Source of the DNA: Yuukianura sp. NJ FZ-2021
Lineage: Eukaryota
Length of the DNA: 64,000 nt
Assembly (NCBI GenBank): GCA_046563655.1
Contig: CM102290.1
Span: 9,982,001 to 10,046,000 of the forward strand
Reading direction: 5' to 3'
The notes under the pieces are model-generated. The model was not told where the DNA came from, ran no database searches, and saw only the letters and a list, made by a program, of their open reading frames with translations. Position 1 is the stretch's first letter. Every line of letters begins with the position of its first letter. Below, piece by piece: positions 19,310 to 32,600 of this stretch. Made by a program: the position numbers and the translations under genes.

Positions 19310-21855
19310 TTTCTGCTTTCCTGGACTTCTGACCTTGGACCTTTGCAAATTCAATTGGTTAACGTTTGTTGAACAGACTCAATTTAGTTTTACACTCAGA
19401 GGAAATCCAACTTAATCCAAAAGAAAGTTGAGTGAAAGTGACGAGCTGAGGAGACAACGGACCTCCTAGTTAAAAATAAAAACTATCCGAATTTCTCACC
19501 AAAGCGGAGGCAAGAAGTCACTGGTCACAACGGAAACTTACAATTCCAAAGTACATGTTCGATTCCATGGTAACAAAAAACAACTCTGGTGCAATTGTAA
19601 AAAAAATCAAAATGATAAATATCTTGTTTTGTATTCATTTGGAGTTGTTGACGCTGGAAAAGTGAAACTTGTGCATCAAATCCGGTGTTTGTGAAATTAA
19701 ATTTGAGCATGAAATTGATGTTTTGACCATAAACATATTTGTGTTACAAAATTGATGTTGTAGAACATAAGCATAACATAGTTTTTGTGTATAAACGTAG
19801 GGATGAGGGTAGGTTGTTTGGAATGTGGTTGTGCGGTGGTGGATTTGTGAGTTGACTAATTTCCCTTTTTATTTCTTCGTGGAATTCGCTTTCTCCCGTT
19901 CCCGAGAAAGCGGTTTATTTTTGAGTCCTTTGTCGTGTCCCCCTCCCCCCGCTTGTCTGGAGGCTTAATTTGATTTTTTATGGGAGGATCAAAGGAGGAG
20001 GGAGGAGGAGGAGGAGGGGGAGGGGGTCCCTAATTCCAATAAAGACCTACTTTCCCCGCGTTGGAGAATTATGAGAAGTGAAAAATGTCCTGGGAGAGAA
20101 TGAGAGTGGTCGGGGGTTCGCTTTCCCCGTTCCCTCGGATTTATGAGTCTCTCTCTCCGAGCACAAAGGACACTAGAAAAAGTTGCCAAAACTAATTGAA
20201 ATGCCGCGCATTCCTACAACTCTCTTCCTTGCCTAACTTAGGTTAGGAAACCTAGCCTAACCGTCTCCGCAATTACACCATCCACCCACTTAACCCTCAT
20301 CAACTTTAAGGGAAACGTCAAAGTGAATCTGGGATAAGAGAAAGTGCAACTAATTGAAAACTCCTTTCACCACTCTCCATACTTTCAAAAAGTCAATTAA
20401 ACAAGGCTGCTTCTTTACGTTAATTAGCTTCCGCACTAATTTATACCTCAACTTTTTGGCGGGAATTTGTTTTAAACAAACACTTAACATTCCCCTCAGA
20501 AACAGTGAAGTCTAACCAACCTAACCTAAAAACCCAAAAAAGCTCAACTCCTTTTACCCTCACTTTCACTTCCTTTCGCAAAATGTCTTGGACTAATTTA
20601 AAAACAAACGAATATCGTACAATCTCTCAAATTCAAAACTATCGCTTTGTTTCTATTTTCGAAAAAAGGGAACTGTTCAAACTTTGTTTTGTACTACCCA
20701 GCGTTAACAAAAACTGGGTTTCTTGTAAACCTTGTTGTTTTTTTCATAGTATGTTCATAGTATCCACCTAACCAAAATAATGTTTAATTTTTGACATTTA
20801 AAAAAATGGTTTAGTGTATCCACACAATTAATTATTTTCATGATTCCGGTTTAAGGATTTTACGGGAAAGTCTCTTGGACGGGATTTTTTTACCATTGAA
20901 TTTTTTAAAAAGTTTTTGGAACGAATACATTTTCGACGTTGAGTGAAAGCTCTTGTTCATTTTTTGACAAGCTCATTTTTCATTTTCAAATTTGGAGAAA
21001 GTTGAGAGAAGAGCAGTGAAAGCACGTCACTCCAACTGGAAGGGAGCAGTTGGTCTTGGAGGCGGAGTCAACGATTGCCAGCCAATCAAAAGTTCAGAAC
21101 TTTCTCCAAGCTTCCTTTCACGAAAAAGTTAATCAAAATTTAGGACGTTTTCAAAAAAAAAAACTGAACGTCGTTACTCAAAGTAGCGACTCTCGTTTCG
21201 TCATAAAAACCCAACTTTCACTTTCGAAATTGAATTTTTTGGCGACAATCCGAGTAGAATTTTAATATCTTGTGACCAATTGCATGCAGAGTTCAATTTT
21301 CTATCTTTTTTTGAAAAGGTCAAATCTGCTTAATTAAAAAAGTTTGTGAAACATGATGTTTGAAAATTCTTGTTTGAAACAAGCTTTGGAAACAGGAGGA
21401 ACTTAAGGGCTTCGTCTAGTAAATTCCTTTTGATGTCAATGATGGAGTGGCTATTTTGGTTTTGGCTTTTGTTGGTTCGTTTTTGGCGGTGGATTTGAAT
21501 TTAATATCATGCACTTGGTTGGATCCAAAAGAGACTTAAAAGGAACTTCAGACTCTAAACTCATCAATTCCTACTTTCACGAGTCGTTGGATGCTTCTGT
21601 CCTGGAACCTTTCAATAGTTCATCCAAGAGATACTCAGAAACAGCCCCGCCATGGCCCCACCAGCCCCGCCATAAAACAAACCACTTCAGAACTGAAGAA
21701 CCCTTAATAAAGTTTAAAGCGGCAAATGATACGCAAAAATTCAAAACGTTTATGGACGAAATTGTTTATTCTTTTTTCAACCGACGCGATACCAGTATCA
21801 ACACAAGTCACTTTGGTTTATAAACTGTTTGACCTTTGACTTCTGACGGCTGACA

Positions 21856-23159
21856 CTATTCTGACTCTGACCCTGACTCTTCAGAGGTCAACTGCCCTCC
21901 AGAAGTCCAGTCTCCACGAGAACCCACGGACCCCAGAGTCTTGAGCAAGTAGGCATCCATGTGGAAACTGGTAGAGTCCCATGTGGGGGCTGTGGTGGGA
22001 TCACCAGGGTGGGGCACAGTTGACCCACCACGACGGTCGTCGCAGGAAGAAGGTGGATCCGAAACTGTGGTTCTGCGACAAGGTTCGATGCGACAGAGGC
22101 TGGGGCTTGAGTCTGAGCTGGACTCAAATTCTGGCGGTTCCTGAGATCGAAGAGCCCTTAAACGCTCTTGTTGCATTTCCAAATGAACTTTCCGCCATTT
22201 TATTCTGCGATTTTGGAACCACACTTTGACCTACACAACAAAAAATGTCAACAAAATCTTAGGTCAACTGTGTTGTAATTCTCTTTTAACGCTAAACTTC
22301 TTAATGAGTAAAACATTTTAGACAGAAAACTAAAAAATAGGAGAATATATGAAAAAAAATCGAAAATCTAAAAAACGGGTTTGATTGCATTTGGCTTTCT
22401 CATTCTTAAGTTTTACTTTTCAAAAAATAGTGTTTTGAAATCCAAAAGAAAAATTACCTGCGCTTCTGTCAGATCCAGCGATTCGGCCAAATACGATCGT
22501 TCCGTTCCAACCATGTACTGCTGCCGCTCAAATTCCGACTCCAGTTTCTCCAGTTGCTCTGGTGTGAAAATTGTTCTAACTCGTTTTGCCTTTCCGTTTC
22601 GACTCGAATGAAGTTCCTTGGATTCCGAACATCCTATTGGTCAAAACAGAATTGACACACACTTTGACCTTTGACCTGCACATAAGTTGACAAGATAGGG
22701 CAAAAGCAGCCACTTTATGCTCAAAACTAGTCGCAAGCACAAAAATACTTATGTTAAGGTATTACCATCCTGCTGCTGTTGTTGTTTGCGCTCTCTTTTG
22801 TAAGGGGCGTAGCGCATGGACAGTTTGCCCTTTGACCCCTCTTCCTGAAAAGCGTTCGGGTGACTTCGGAAGTTGAGCAGTAGCGAACCATGGGCGTGGC
22901 TTCCGTCTGTTCGTCCGTTGTCAGTTGTAAGGCCGAGTAAAGCGTCGATGGAAAACGGAGCTTTGCCTTGTGAAGGATGATGGCCAAACAGCCCCATGGG
23001 GGTGTGAGTAGGCTGCGGCGGAAGGAGACTGTGGAAACTACTCAGAAATTCAGTACCGACCACTGCGTCTTGCTCTTTCATCTTGGCAGTGAATGCAGAA
23101 ATTCCGGAATCAAATCGGAAGTGATTTGGCGTCAAATCACGAACACGTGAACCCTCCAT
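21856..23159 (-). CDS. Not: Not/Noto-family (notochord) homeobox transcription factor
   Basis: Exons 23159-22766, 22633-22458 and 22230-21856. The homeodomain [57 protein letters not shown] carries the Not-type QQYMVGTER and RRIKWRK signatures. An eh1 motif (FSIDALL) is N-terminal. Confidence 0.9.
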
Positions 23160-23976
23160 TTTGGCAAACTTTCACTCAAACAACGAACTTTTTGCTAGAT
23201 TTAAATTGGTAGAAAATCTTCACTAGAGATGCGTATTTACTGACATTGCAAAAAATGAGATCAGCGATGGAAAATATTTTGGCACTAAATTCAAATTTTT
23301 GTGAGAACGGAACGATTTCCTGAAAAATTCATTACTTCTAGAGCACGAATTAACTCACAAACTTTTGGAAACTAACAGAATTTAGTGTTTAAACGTCCGT
23401 GATGGTGAAAGTGACTGTGTCCTTGGCCACGTCCTAAAAGGTCAACGTCGAGGTCACCAGAACTGAGAGATTGATACGTTGATTCGGGTAGTTAAGAAAC
23501 TAAGGGTATTCTCTGGTGAAAGTGACTGCAAAATGATGTTACCCGTACGGAATGAACTGACTGAATGAAGATCCCACGAGATGAAGATCTTATGGCATAG
23601 ATTTTTGAGCAGGTTTTGGTCCAGGGCGTGGCCAGTTCTCTAGCTCCGCCTCTCTTACATGCAAAAGTCCGTTGGGAAGTCCCGCCTTCGGGAACTCTAT
23701 TAGACGACCCGCCTTCGAAGTAACTGCCAATGCAGTTCCGCTTTTGAATGTGGCCTCGGGAGTACCACTTTTTCTGGATTTTGGAACATGAGCATCCTGT
23801 ATGTCTTCATCGTTCGTCTCAAATGTCGAGTCCACAGGAAGTAGAAGATGACGAGTCGAGAGGCAGACGAACCGAGTCAGGACGAAGTCAGAACCAGTCA
23901 AAGTAATTCAAGTCATTACTTTTCCGAGACAAGATAGAATTTGATGTCTCATTTTACATAATACCTTCAACCTAGG

Positions 23977-23989
23977 AGGTCATTGACCT
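23977..23989. promoter_or_regulatory. Perfect IR1 nuclear-receptor element (EcRE-type) about 0.8 kb upstream of the Not start codon
   Basis: Sequence is AGGTCA-T-TGACCT, the palindromic EcR/USP-type consensus. Function is not demonstrated. Confidence 0.35.
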
Positions 23990-25299
23990 CGTCATTTGTG
24001 GTCGCTGACATCTGATAAGCACTTCAACGCTTACTAGCGTTTCCGATGTCATTTGCAAAACGTTTTTGCTAGTTAGATTTCGGCTACTAAATGCTTACCG
24101 TTTGCAGAGCCATCTTAACTTTGCCACGACCGTTTCTGATTTCTTCCAGTTTGACTTCGAAAACGTTTCTGTTTCAAAATTCTGTTTTATGCTTTACCGG
24201 GAGGAAAGCCTTTAAGTTTTTTTTTAATATTGCTCCAAAAGTTTTTTTTTAAATTGCAAATTTTATTTGAAATTGAAGAAATCTTTAGAGTTTACAAGGT
24301 TAAAATTTAAAGCCTCCCGCAAGCAACATGATCTTCAGCTTGTGTCTTTGAGGATTCTGGAAGCATAGCATGACTGTACAAGGCAACACACTTTGTCCAT
24401 CGTCCATTTTGGAATGTTTTAAGTAGAAGGGCTTAGTTTGGAAGTGCTAAGAGGCTCTTAGATCCACGGTAATTGAAACTCACTTAGGAATCATTCCATG
24501 TCTTCTCGGTAAGTTATACCTCTCAATTACGAGCAGTAGCACTTAACTTTTAGTGATTTTATGACCACATTACAGTCCATTCTCGTCTTTTTACAACCCT
24601 CTTATTCATTCAGTCACAATTAATTCACTGACCATTAGCAACTGAATCTCCTTGGGAGGTCCCTTCAGTTACTTCATGTTCATTAATCGACTGCAACTTC
24701 TAATTAACACTATCTGTTCCACTTAACTGGTGTTATAAAAATTAAGTTTGTGATTGAGCATTAAGGACCTTGATCTTAAAGAAAAAGAAAACAGTTTGCA
24801 GATCATGACCGTTGATGATGATGAACATATCAAAGCTTTTACTTGGAGTGAAAATTAAAACGTTGTTAACTTATCGGGGATGACACTTGCAGAAGTTAAT
24901 TAATACTGCATGAAATGAGTGAAGTTAATTAGTAATTGGTATTTAACATGGTTAACTATGTCTGGGAAATAAGTTGGCGTCCGATGACACTGCTATCTGT
25001 GGGTAACAAAGATGAGGTATTCCGAAATTCAATTTGACTATAGATGGACTCAGCATGAGGAAAATGTCGTCAGAAACAAAAGAAACAACAGCTGAGCAAC
25101 AACTTCCAAAATTTACAAGTCATACAGATACGTAGAGAGTAAAGAAGTAATTGAATTAGTTACACTTTCGTCACAAACTGATTAATCGATTAGCGGCTGC
25201 GAACGTATTTGGGGCCCAGTTGGTAGCCGAGCATTCATTGGATGTTTGGGATAGGCGTTTTAAAAAATACCGTCACCATCCCCATCCAGTCGAATCAAC

Positions 25300-26323
25300 A
25301 TGAATGCGAGGACTCAAACGTTTGATTTTGTAAGTTACCTCTACTATCTCATTCTGATGTATCAATTAAGGCATGAAATTAAGTAACAGGATTAATGATA
25401 ATTATGCTGTTCTTGTGTGTAGACGACAGAGTGTCATCAGGTCAATGAAGTCGTCAGCTGCATATTCCATTCGATTCTGTTCCATAGGACAATGGGCAAG
25501 TTCCACTATCGACAGGAAGGAAAGTACTCCATAGGAACGATTGGATACGAAGACATTGACTGTGACTTCATTGACCTGACATATGTATGGAATCAAAACT
25601 CCTAACTTAAGTTGCTTCACGAAAACTTCCATTTATGTTAGTCGCCGTGTGAATCATAATTGTTTTTGATCCTAGGTGCGTTGTGCCTCTCCAGCTCTGA
25701 CTCGAACGATGAGTCAGCATGTCCAGGCGTTTGACAAAGCCATACGAGATCCCAACAATGTCACGGAGAATGGGATTCGAAGTGGTCAAATTTCATTGGA
25801 ATTTTACAATAAGAAGAAGGTCAACTGGCCTTTCAACCCAGAGTGTCTTCCCTGGGAAGTCTGGACGATTCGAGTGGAGGTCAAGGGAATCCGCAGCGAA
25901 ATTGGTATAAAAATAGGAAGCTTCTCGTATTGTAACATCAAGTATTATTTTGGGTGCATTTACTTGATTACTTTTGTGGTTATTTTTCTTTTAGAACGAC
26001 AGATGAATCGAGAATATTTGGGAGAGTTGGTTGGCGAAAAAGTTGTTTTGATTGCTGAAGTCATGAATAGACAACAATACCTTCCTAAAATTCCGGCCCA
26101 GTCCGAAGTTGACCTAATCTTTGACACTACATTTCCTGACATTCAACCCTACTTGTTCAGGGTAAGGACTTCGATCCAAACAAATTAAAGCTAATTTAAA
26201 GTTGACTTAATAACGATTAATGCGATTATTGTTTAGATTTCCCATACGACGACCACACCCCCCTCGACGACATCTGTAGGGAAGACAGTTCGTCGAATCT
26301 TTCGAGAAACTTTGGCCTTTTGA
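25300..26323 (+). CDS. Atg101: Autophagy-related protein 101
   Basis: MNARTQTF|...IFHSILFHRTMGKFHY...YSIGTIGYEDIDCDFIDLTY|VRCAS...GQISLEFY, WF finger WPFNPECLPWEVW, and YLPKIP...DIQPYLF. Five exons, all GT-AG. Confidence 0.96.
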
Positions 26324-27284
26324 ACGAGAAGGCTCATTAATAACACATTGGCTCCTTTTGTAGTTTTGATATTTGTGATGGATGACGACTACTGGTTCAT
26401 GGCCGGAACGTGGAATGACCTTTGACCCCAGCTCTAGCTCAGCGATGGCCAAGAAAAGGGATAGGGCTGAAAGAATGTGCAAACGTAATTTTACTTGTGA
26501 TACTCTTTAGTCCCTGCCTAATTTTAATTTCAGTTGAGATTGGAGTGGGATACTCGTTATTACACAATATGCTACACGTACGTTCTCTAAAACTACCTCC
26601 TTCCTGTCCTTAGAGCATTTAAGGTTTCGATTACTAATTCATGTATTTTGGCTCCTCTGTAGCCGTAATAAGGTCGTTCACCACAAGTTTTAATTAGACG
26701 AATTATTTAGTTAATTACTGTAAAACTTAATTATAGACAAATTACAAATTAAAGTAACGACGAATCATGATTCTCCAACTCCTATACTCATAATATGAAG
26801 TTCTTTTCCTTTTCTTGCAGTTTTGCGTCCATGATTAATGGTGTTCACAATTTAATTACAGTTCAAAAGTTCAAATTAATTTTTTGTTAATTAACACCGA
26901 TGCTGAAGTTAAGTATGCTGCTACTTGATTTAAAACGATTTTTATTTTTCAGTTCTTTCTCTGCTAAACTGGGGTAAGTGAGTAACTTGTAGCGCGAAAA
27001 TTTATAAACCAGATTCCTTTGTTTTGGTTTTTTTTTTTTAATTTAAATTTATGTAGGTACTATTCAAAAATGAAAACTGAAAGTTAAGAATTCGATTAAT
27101 TGTTATTTTAATCGTTAATTGGATTTATAGTTCAGTTAGAGATTATCAGTATCATCATACCATCGGTGTGGTAAGCTGTATTCATCAGAGCAGGACACAA
27201 ATTACTGTTTTTCTCAGTGATTATCACTATTAATCGCTTATCAGCTGCCATTCAACTGGAAATTCCTTCGACCTTCAATATAAA

Positions 27285-29450
27285 ATGGCCGCCACCTTCC
27301 GCCCTACCATGACACAACAGGACATGCAGGACCACAATGAATGTCCATCTTTTGAAGACTTAGTCTCCAGATATCCTGGAGTCAAAGCAATTAATGACGA
27401 ATGCAACAGAATTTACCCTGATCAGCTAAATCCACTGCAGATCCAATCCCTCATCAAATCTTGGTAACTGTTGATCGATTCGTATTTTATCTGTAATAAC
27501 TTCAATTTTTGTTGTTTCAAGGCGAGGGGGTCCTGACCCACTTGATTACATCAGTATGTTCAGCTTCGAAGATGACTACAACGACAGCGTCTCGTCCCAT
27601 TGGCACTATGTTAGGTACGAATCGTACAGTACGATCACAATGGACTACCAGTCCTTGTTCATTCAAATAGCGGTGTTAATTAAAGCATATTCTTGTTGTT
27701 TCTTGTGCAGTTATGGACTTTCAGATCTCCATTGTGACGGACGGCTCTTTTATCCTCATATGTTTGGACCCGACAAGTCCGGATTCGGAATAGAACTTTC
27801 CTTCAGACTGAAAAAGGAGTTTAACGAAACATCTCCGCCGATATGGCCAGCCAAATTGATGCAGTGCCTTGCCAGATACGTTTATAACTCTGGTAAGTAG
27901 ACAATATTAATTACATGTGGCGTTTTATTTGCACGTTCTTTTTTTGATTCAGGTCAACCGTTTCTTCCAGGAGATCACATTTCATGGCATCAAAGCATGA
28001 ATCTCGATGACCCCAACTCCAACAAAGAGCTTTGTGTACGTAATTTGAACTTTTGTTGATCTTTTAGCTCAGTTGATATTTTCTGCTCTGCTTCTTGTAG
28101 CAAATTCTGCTCACTTCCGATCCTCAACTTCAGCCCATTCGTACTCCTGCAGGAATTTGTGAATTTGTCCAAATCGTTCCAGTTACGACAGAGGAATTGC
28201 TCACTGTTCAGAAATGGAGTGTCAATGCCTTCTTGGATCTCATGAGAGACATTCCACAGTGCGTTTGAATTATGGCTAATTGATGAAATATTTGAAAGTG
28301 TTTTACAAATTGTATTGTTTTAGATGCGGAGGAAAGTTTTTGGTGACGGACATGAGTCGTGTCCAGTCTGTTTTTGAACTGAAACCAGAAGTGGAACAGG
28401 AATTGATTCAGGGTATTTTACAAGATGGTTCCGATCTAAGCGGCGTCAATGCAACTGTGTGCAACTGGACACCAGACGGATGGAAATATTACGACAACAG
28501 CAATTTCCATTATCTCAGGTATGTGTTTTGAAGTGTTTAAAAAGATATCCTCCTTAGTATATAAAATGCTTATTTGAGCTCTATGTTTTTAGTGAAAAGT
28601 ATCAGCGCCTCTACTGTCGTCATGCACGAACAGCACCCTACTCTTCTTCAAGACTTTCTGAGCAGGACAAATATCCTCATCCGCTCTGCGCTGAAACTCC
28701 AAGTCCAACGGACTCCGACGAAGGTCAAAGTTCGGATGACCCTGAATCTCGTCGAGGTCAAGGGAACGAGGACAATGAAGACAACCTTGTTGCTTCTTTC
28801 AACTCTAAGTGCAGGATGGGTCCTCCAGTAGAATTGGACTCCAAGTACGATCAACAAGGTTCGAGTATGAGATGGAAGAAGGACGCGGCAGAAGGCGGGA
28901 GTTTTGGTTCGACTCCGTTCTCATCCGTTTTTGCTCCCAGTGTCACCTACTATGATCTCATGCATGTGACTGTGAATCTGGAAGCAGGATTCTGTTTGCC
29001 ACTGGCACTTACGTAAGATTTCAAATAGTCGTCTAGAAGAACTTCTAAATTCAAAAGCTTTTTTGAATTTTCCCTACAGTGGTCGCTTGCGCCACGGAAG
29101 ACATTTTACGTTCAAAGGTATTACTTCGTCCACTGCCATCACTCTCGTCTCCCCGCGTGTCCAAGGGGCTTTCGTGACGGAACAGAAACCGTTCGGAGCT
29201 TATGGCGGATGGCTTCAAATTTTACTCAGCGACGAACTTGTTGAAATTATGGTAGCTGACCTCGAGCAACTTCTCGCAACTCCAAACGTAATTATAGGAT
29301 TATTATATTCTCATTAATGTTATTATATTAAGATTATTTGATAGTATTAGTTGATATTTGAAATAACTTTTTTTTTGTCATTTGCAGGTAGCGTATCCAA
29401 AAACCTTTATTTGGCCGCAACGGAACTTCGGCCTCACTCTGGTTCTCTAA
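27285..29450 (+). CDS. Sufu: Suppressor of fused (Hedgehog pathway), fairly divergent
   Basis: Motifs YPDQLNPLQ, W|RGGPDPLDYISM, HWHYV|SYGLSDL, SGFGIELSFRLK, WPAKLMQCLARYV, GDHISW, DGSDLSGV, GRLRHGRHFTFK and GGWLQIL. Confidence 0.95.
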
Positions 29451-29656
29451 ACAATCAATCTTCCTAAGGCAATAACACACTTAAATGTGACTTGATTAGT
29501 TAATTAGACTGACAAATTGACAATAGAGACAGATTTAGTTATGTATTTTCCACTGAGATTTTTGTAACAATGGCGCCATATTTCGAGAGGAAAGTAAATT
29601 TACAGAGGATGACAACGATAGCCAGGATTCTTGACACTGGAAGGAAGCTGTATGTG

Positions 29657-32600
29657 TTAGTAGACGGGTTGTCCAAGTGGAAGTCCACGTTTCGGAATGT
29701 ACGGTGTGGTTCTTGGCACCATTCTGCAGAAAAAAAGTTGTAAGAAATCATAAATTCGGTTTCATCAAAATTTTGAAAAATTCGAAAGATATACGGTACT
29801 GACTTGATACAGTCAATGATAGGACAAACAGAGGCACAGAGAGTACAGCCTGTACAGTCATCTGTGACGTGGGCAAGATGCGTCTTCGGGTCAAACGTTA
29901 TGGCTTGATATCCAGAGTCGTTACATGTCATATAGCACTTCCCGCAGTTTATGCACATGTCCTAATTTAAAAAAAAGTGAAGATTTAAAAAACGTTTCAA
30001 AAAATTGTAGTCTTCGAAACCAACTTCATCGATGATAGCCACGACGTGTTCCTCGTTGTTCAGTTCCGCGTAACTTCCAATTTGCGGAACTGTTTTCCCG
30101 ATAATGTCCTTGATGCTTGGTACTTGCGCAGCTTCTGGAAGGTTATAGCCACTGTTGGACTCGGCTTTAAACTTTTCCTCCAGCATTTCCAGGGTCACCT
30201 TCGTCTTCTCCTCGGCGATCAACGCTTCTCGCTCTTTCTTGTACGGACCAAACGGAGGCAAGTGCTACAAAATTAAAAACAGTGATTGATTTATACAAAA
30301 TAATTGAAGTAGTTATACAAAGTCGTATTAGCTGAGGCTTTACTTTGCCAATAATCGACTCCACTGCAAGTACTTTCCCTTTCTGGTGACGCGGTGTTGG
30401 TGGAGAAAGTCCATCCCAGCCTTGCAGTCCCATCGCATCTACGTAAAGCAGCGCCTTCAGCCCAGTGATATAGTCATCTACCACAGTGAAATCTTGATTT
30501 TGAACTGAACTGCAAATCTAAAAATTAAATTCAAAATTGTTAAAAAAAACGTTTATTTTTCTATTCATTTTCGACTGGTTTACCTGCAGAACAGAAGCTC
30601 CACATTTGAGAAATTGGATAGAAGCCTCAGCTGAATCGATTCCACCAGTGGCCAATATCGGAAATCCTGGAATAGCCCGAGCAATAGCAGAAACTGCACG
30701 AAGAGCTACTGGACGAATGGAATTTCCAGACACTCCACCATACGTTGTCCTGTTGTCAACACCGACACCAGGCCATGGGTCACCATTTCCTTTGAGGCCC
30801 ATGAGACCAGACAACGTGTTCGTGGCTGTAACACCATCGGCATTTCCTGAAATCCAATCAGTTCAACATAAATATCGATTAATAGTGGCATACTGTTAGG
30901 TGACAAAAAGTTACCTTCGTGTGCTGCTTTGGCAATATCCACAATATTGGTGACGTTGGGCGTGAGCTTGGCGAAGAATGGAATCTTGATTGCTGCTCGG
31001 ACCCATTTGCAAATATTTCTTACCAGTTCCGGATCCTAGACGAAATCACAAATTCAATTTACTTTTAACCAAATAAAACATAAATTCTTCATATTTTTTT
31101 GAAAGTTTTTCGCGAAAAGATTAGCTTTATATCGTTTTCCGTTTTCGAAATATTTTTCGAAATTCTATTGTAATTTTCAAAATTTTTGAAAATTCATATC
31201 TCTAGAACGGAAAGCGATAGAGACGTAAACTCTTCGCTCCGGAATTCATAAAAATATGGAGTATTTTTAGAAATTTTAAAAAGGTACCCTCAAAATTTGA
31301 CGAAAACCTTGATGTTCGAAATTGGACTTTTCAAAAACAATTAGAAAATTCGACAGTACTTACCTGTCCACAGGCGAGGCCCATTCCCCTCTCTCCCATT
31401 CCTAGTTAAAAATACTTCAGTTAGTAATCGACTCGTGTAATTTTTTACTAATTGCTCACCATGAGGGCAAGACAAATTTAGTTCCAAGGCGTCTGATCCC
31501 GCCTTTTCCGCCATTATTGCCAGTTCAGTCCAATCGTCACGGTCGTACGAACACATGATACTGGCAATCACAATCTGGACAAATATTTTGGATAACCTCA
31601 ATTTAAAAAAAAAACCAAAACTTTTAGAAATGTAGTCTAACCTTGGTGGGAAAATCTTTTTTGAGCTCGGCGACACTCTGGCACCAGTATGCCGCTGTCT
31701 TCTCTGAAATTAGTTCAATGTTCAAGAAAGCTCCCTGTCCCGGACCAAAGTGATGACCTGACGTTGTTCCACGAATGATCCTAGGAGAAACGTTGGTCAC
31801 AATGTCCTGTAAGATCAAGGTCATCAGTTAGATTATGTCGCTCTCTGATGTTTATTAGGGTAGGTTAACCTAAACATTCTTTACCTTTTCCAGTGAGAAT
31901 GTTTTGGTGACAGCAAATCCCCATCCGGCTTCAAAAGCTCTTCGAATCATGGGACTGGAAGTACAAGGTGTGGCACTGGCCAGGCCAAATGGATTCTCAA
32001 ACTTCAATCCACATATTTCGACAGAAAGGTCAACTTGGTCAATAGCAGTGAAGAACTTGGGCAGTTCCGGAACTGGACTCACCGTCTTCCCATGGCACGC
32101 CTGGTAAAAAAAAATCAAAACCTTGTAAAACTCAGATTTTCGCAAAACTTTTCAAAAATTGCTAACTAATAAAAAAACTAACCTGGATGTACTTGTGTAT
32201 GTGCCAAGCAGCGGTTTTGCCGTCATTGACAGCTTCGACAGTCGTTTCAGCCACACCAGCGATGTCACCTCCACAGAAAACGCCAGTTTCACTCGTCTCC
32301 ATCGTTTTTACATTTACAGCCAGATTTCCATACTTGTCAAACTGAACTGGCTCAAGAGCAGCTTTGACTGAAATAAAATAAACAACAAATACAAATATTG
32401 AACTTTGACCTCATCGAAATTTTTGTTTTGCAGAGGTCACCCTACCTTCAGCGTCGAAAAGTCCTGAGCCAAAGGCCGAAATGACAAAGTTTGCACGCAG
32501 ACGCATCGTCTGTTCGTAGTCTTCAATGAATTCTCCAGCTTCGTTTACTTCCGTTCGGAAAAACGTGACACCACATATTTTCCCCTTGTCCAAATGTACT

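Noticed and set aside
23590..24420. 103-aa minus ORF plus possible mini-exons upstream of Not
   Set aside because: No ATG start for the ORF, the implied intron would be only about 30 nt, there is no consistent spliced frame and no homology.
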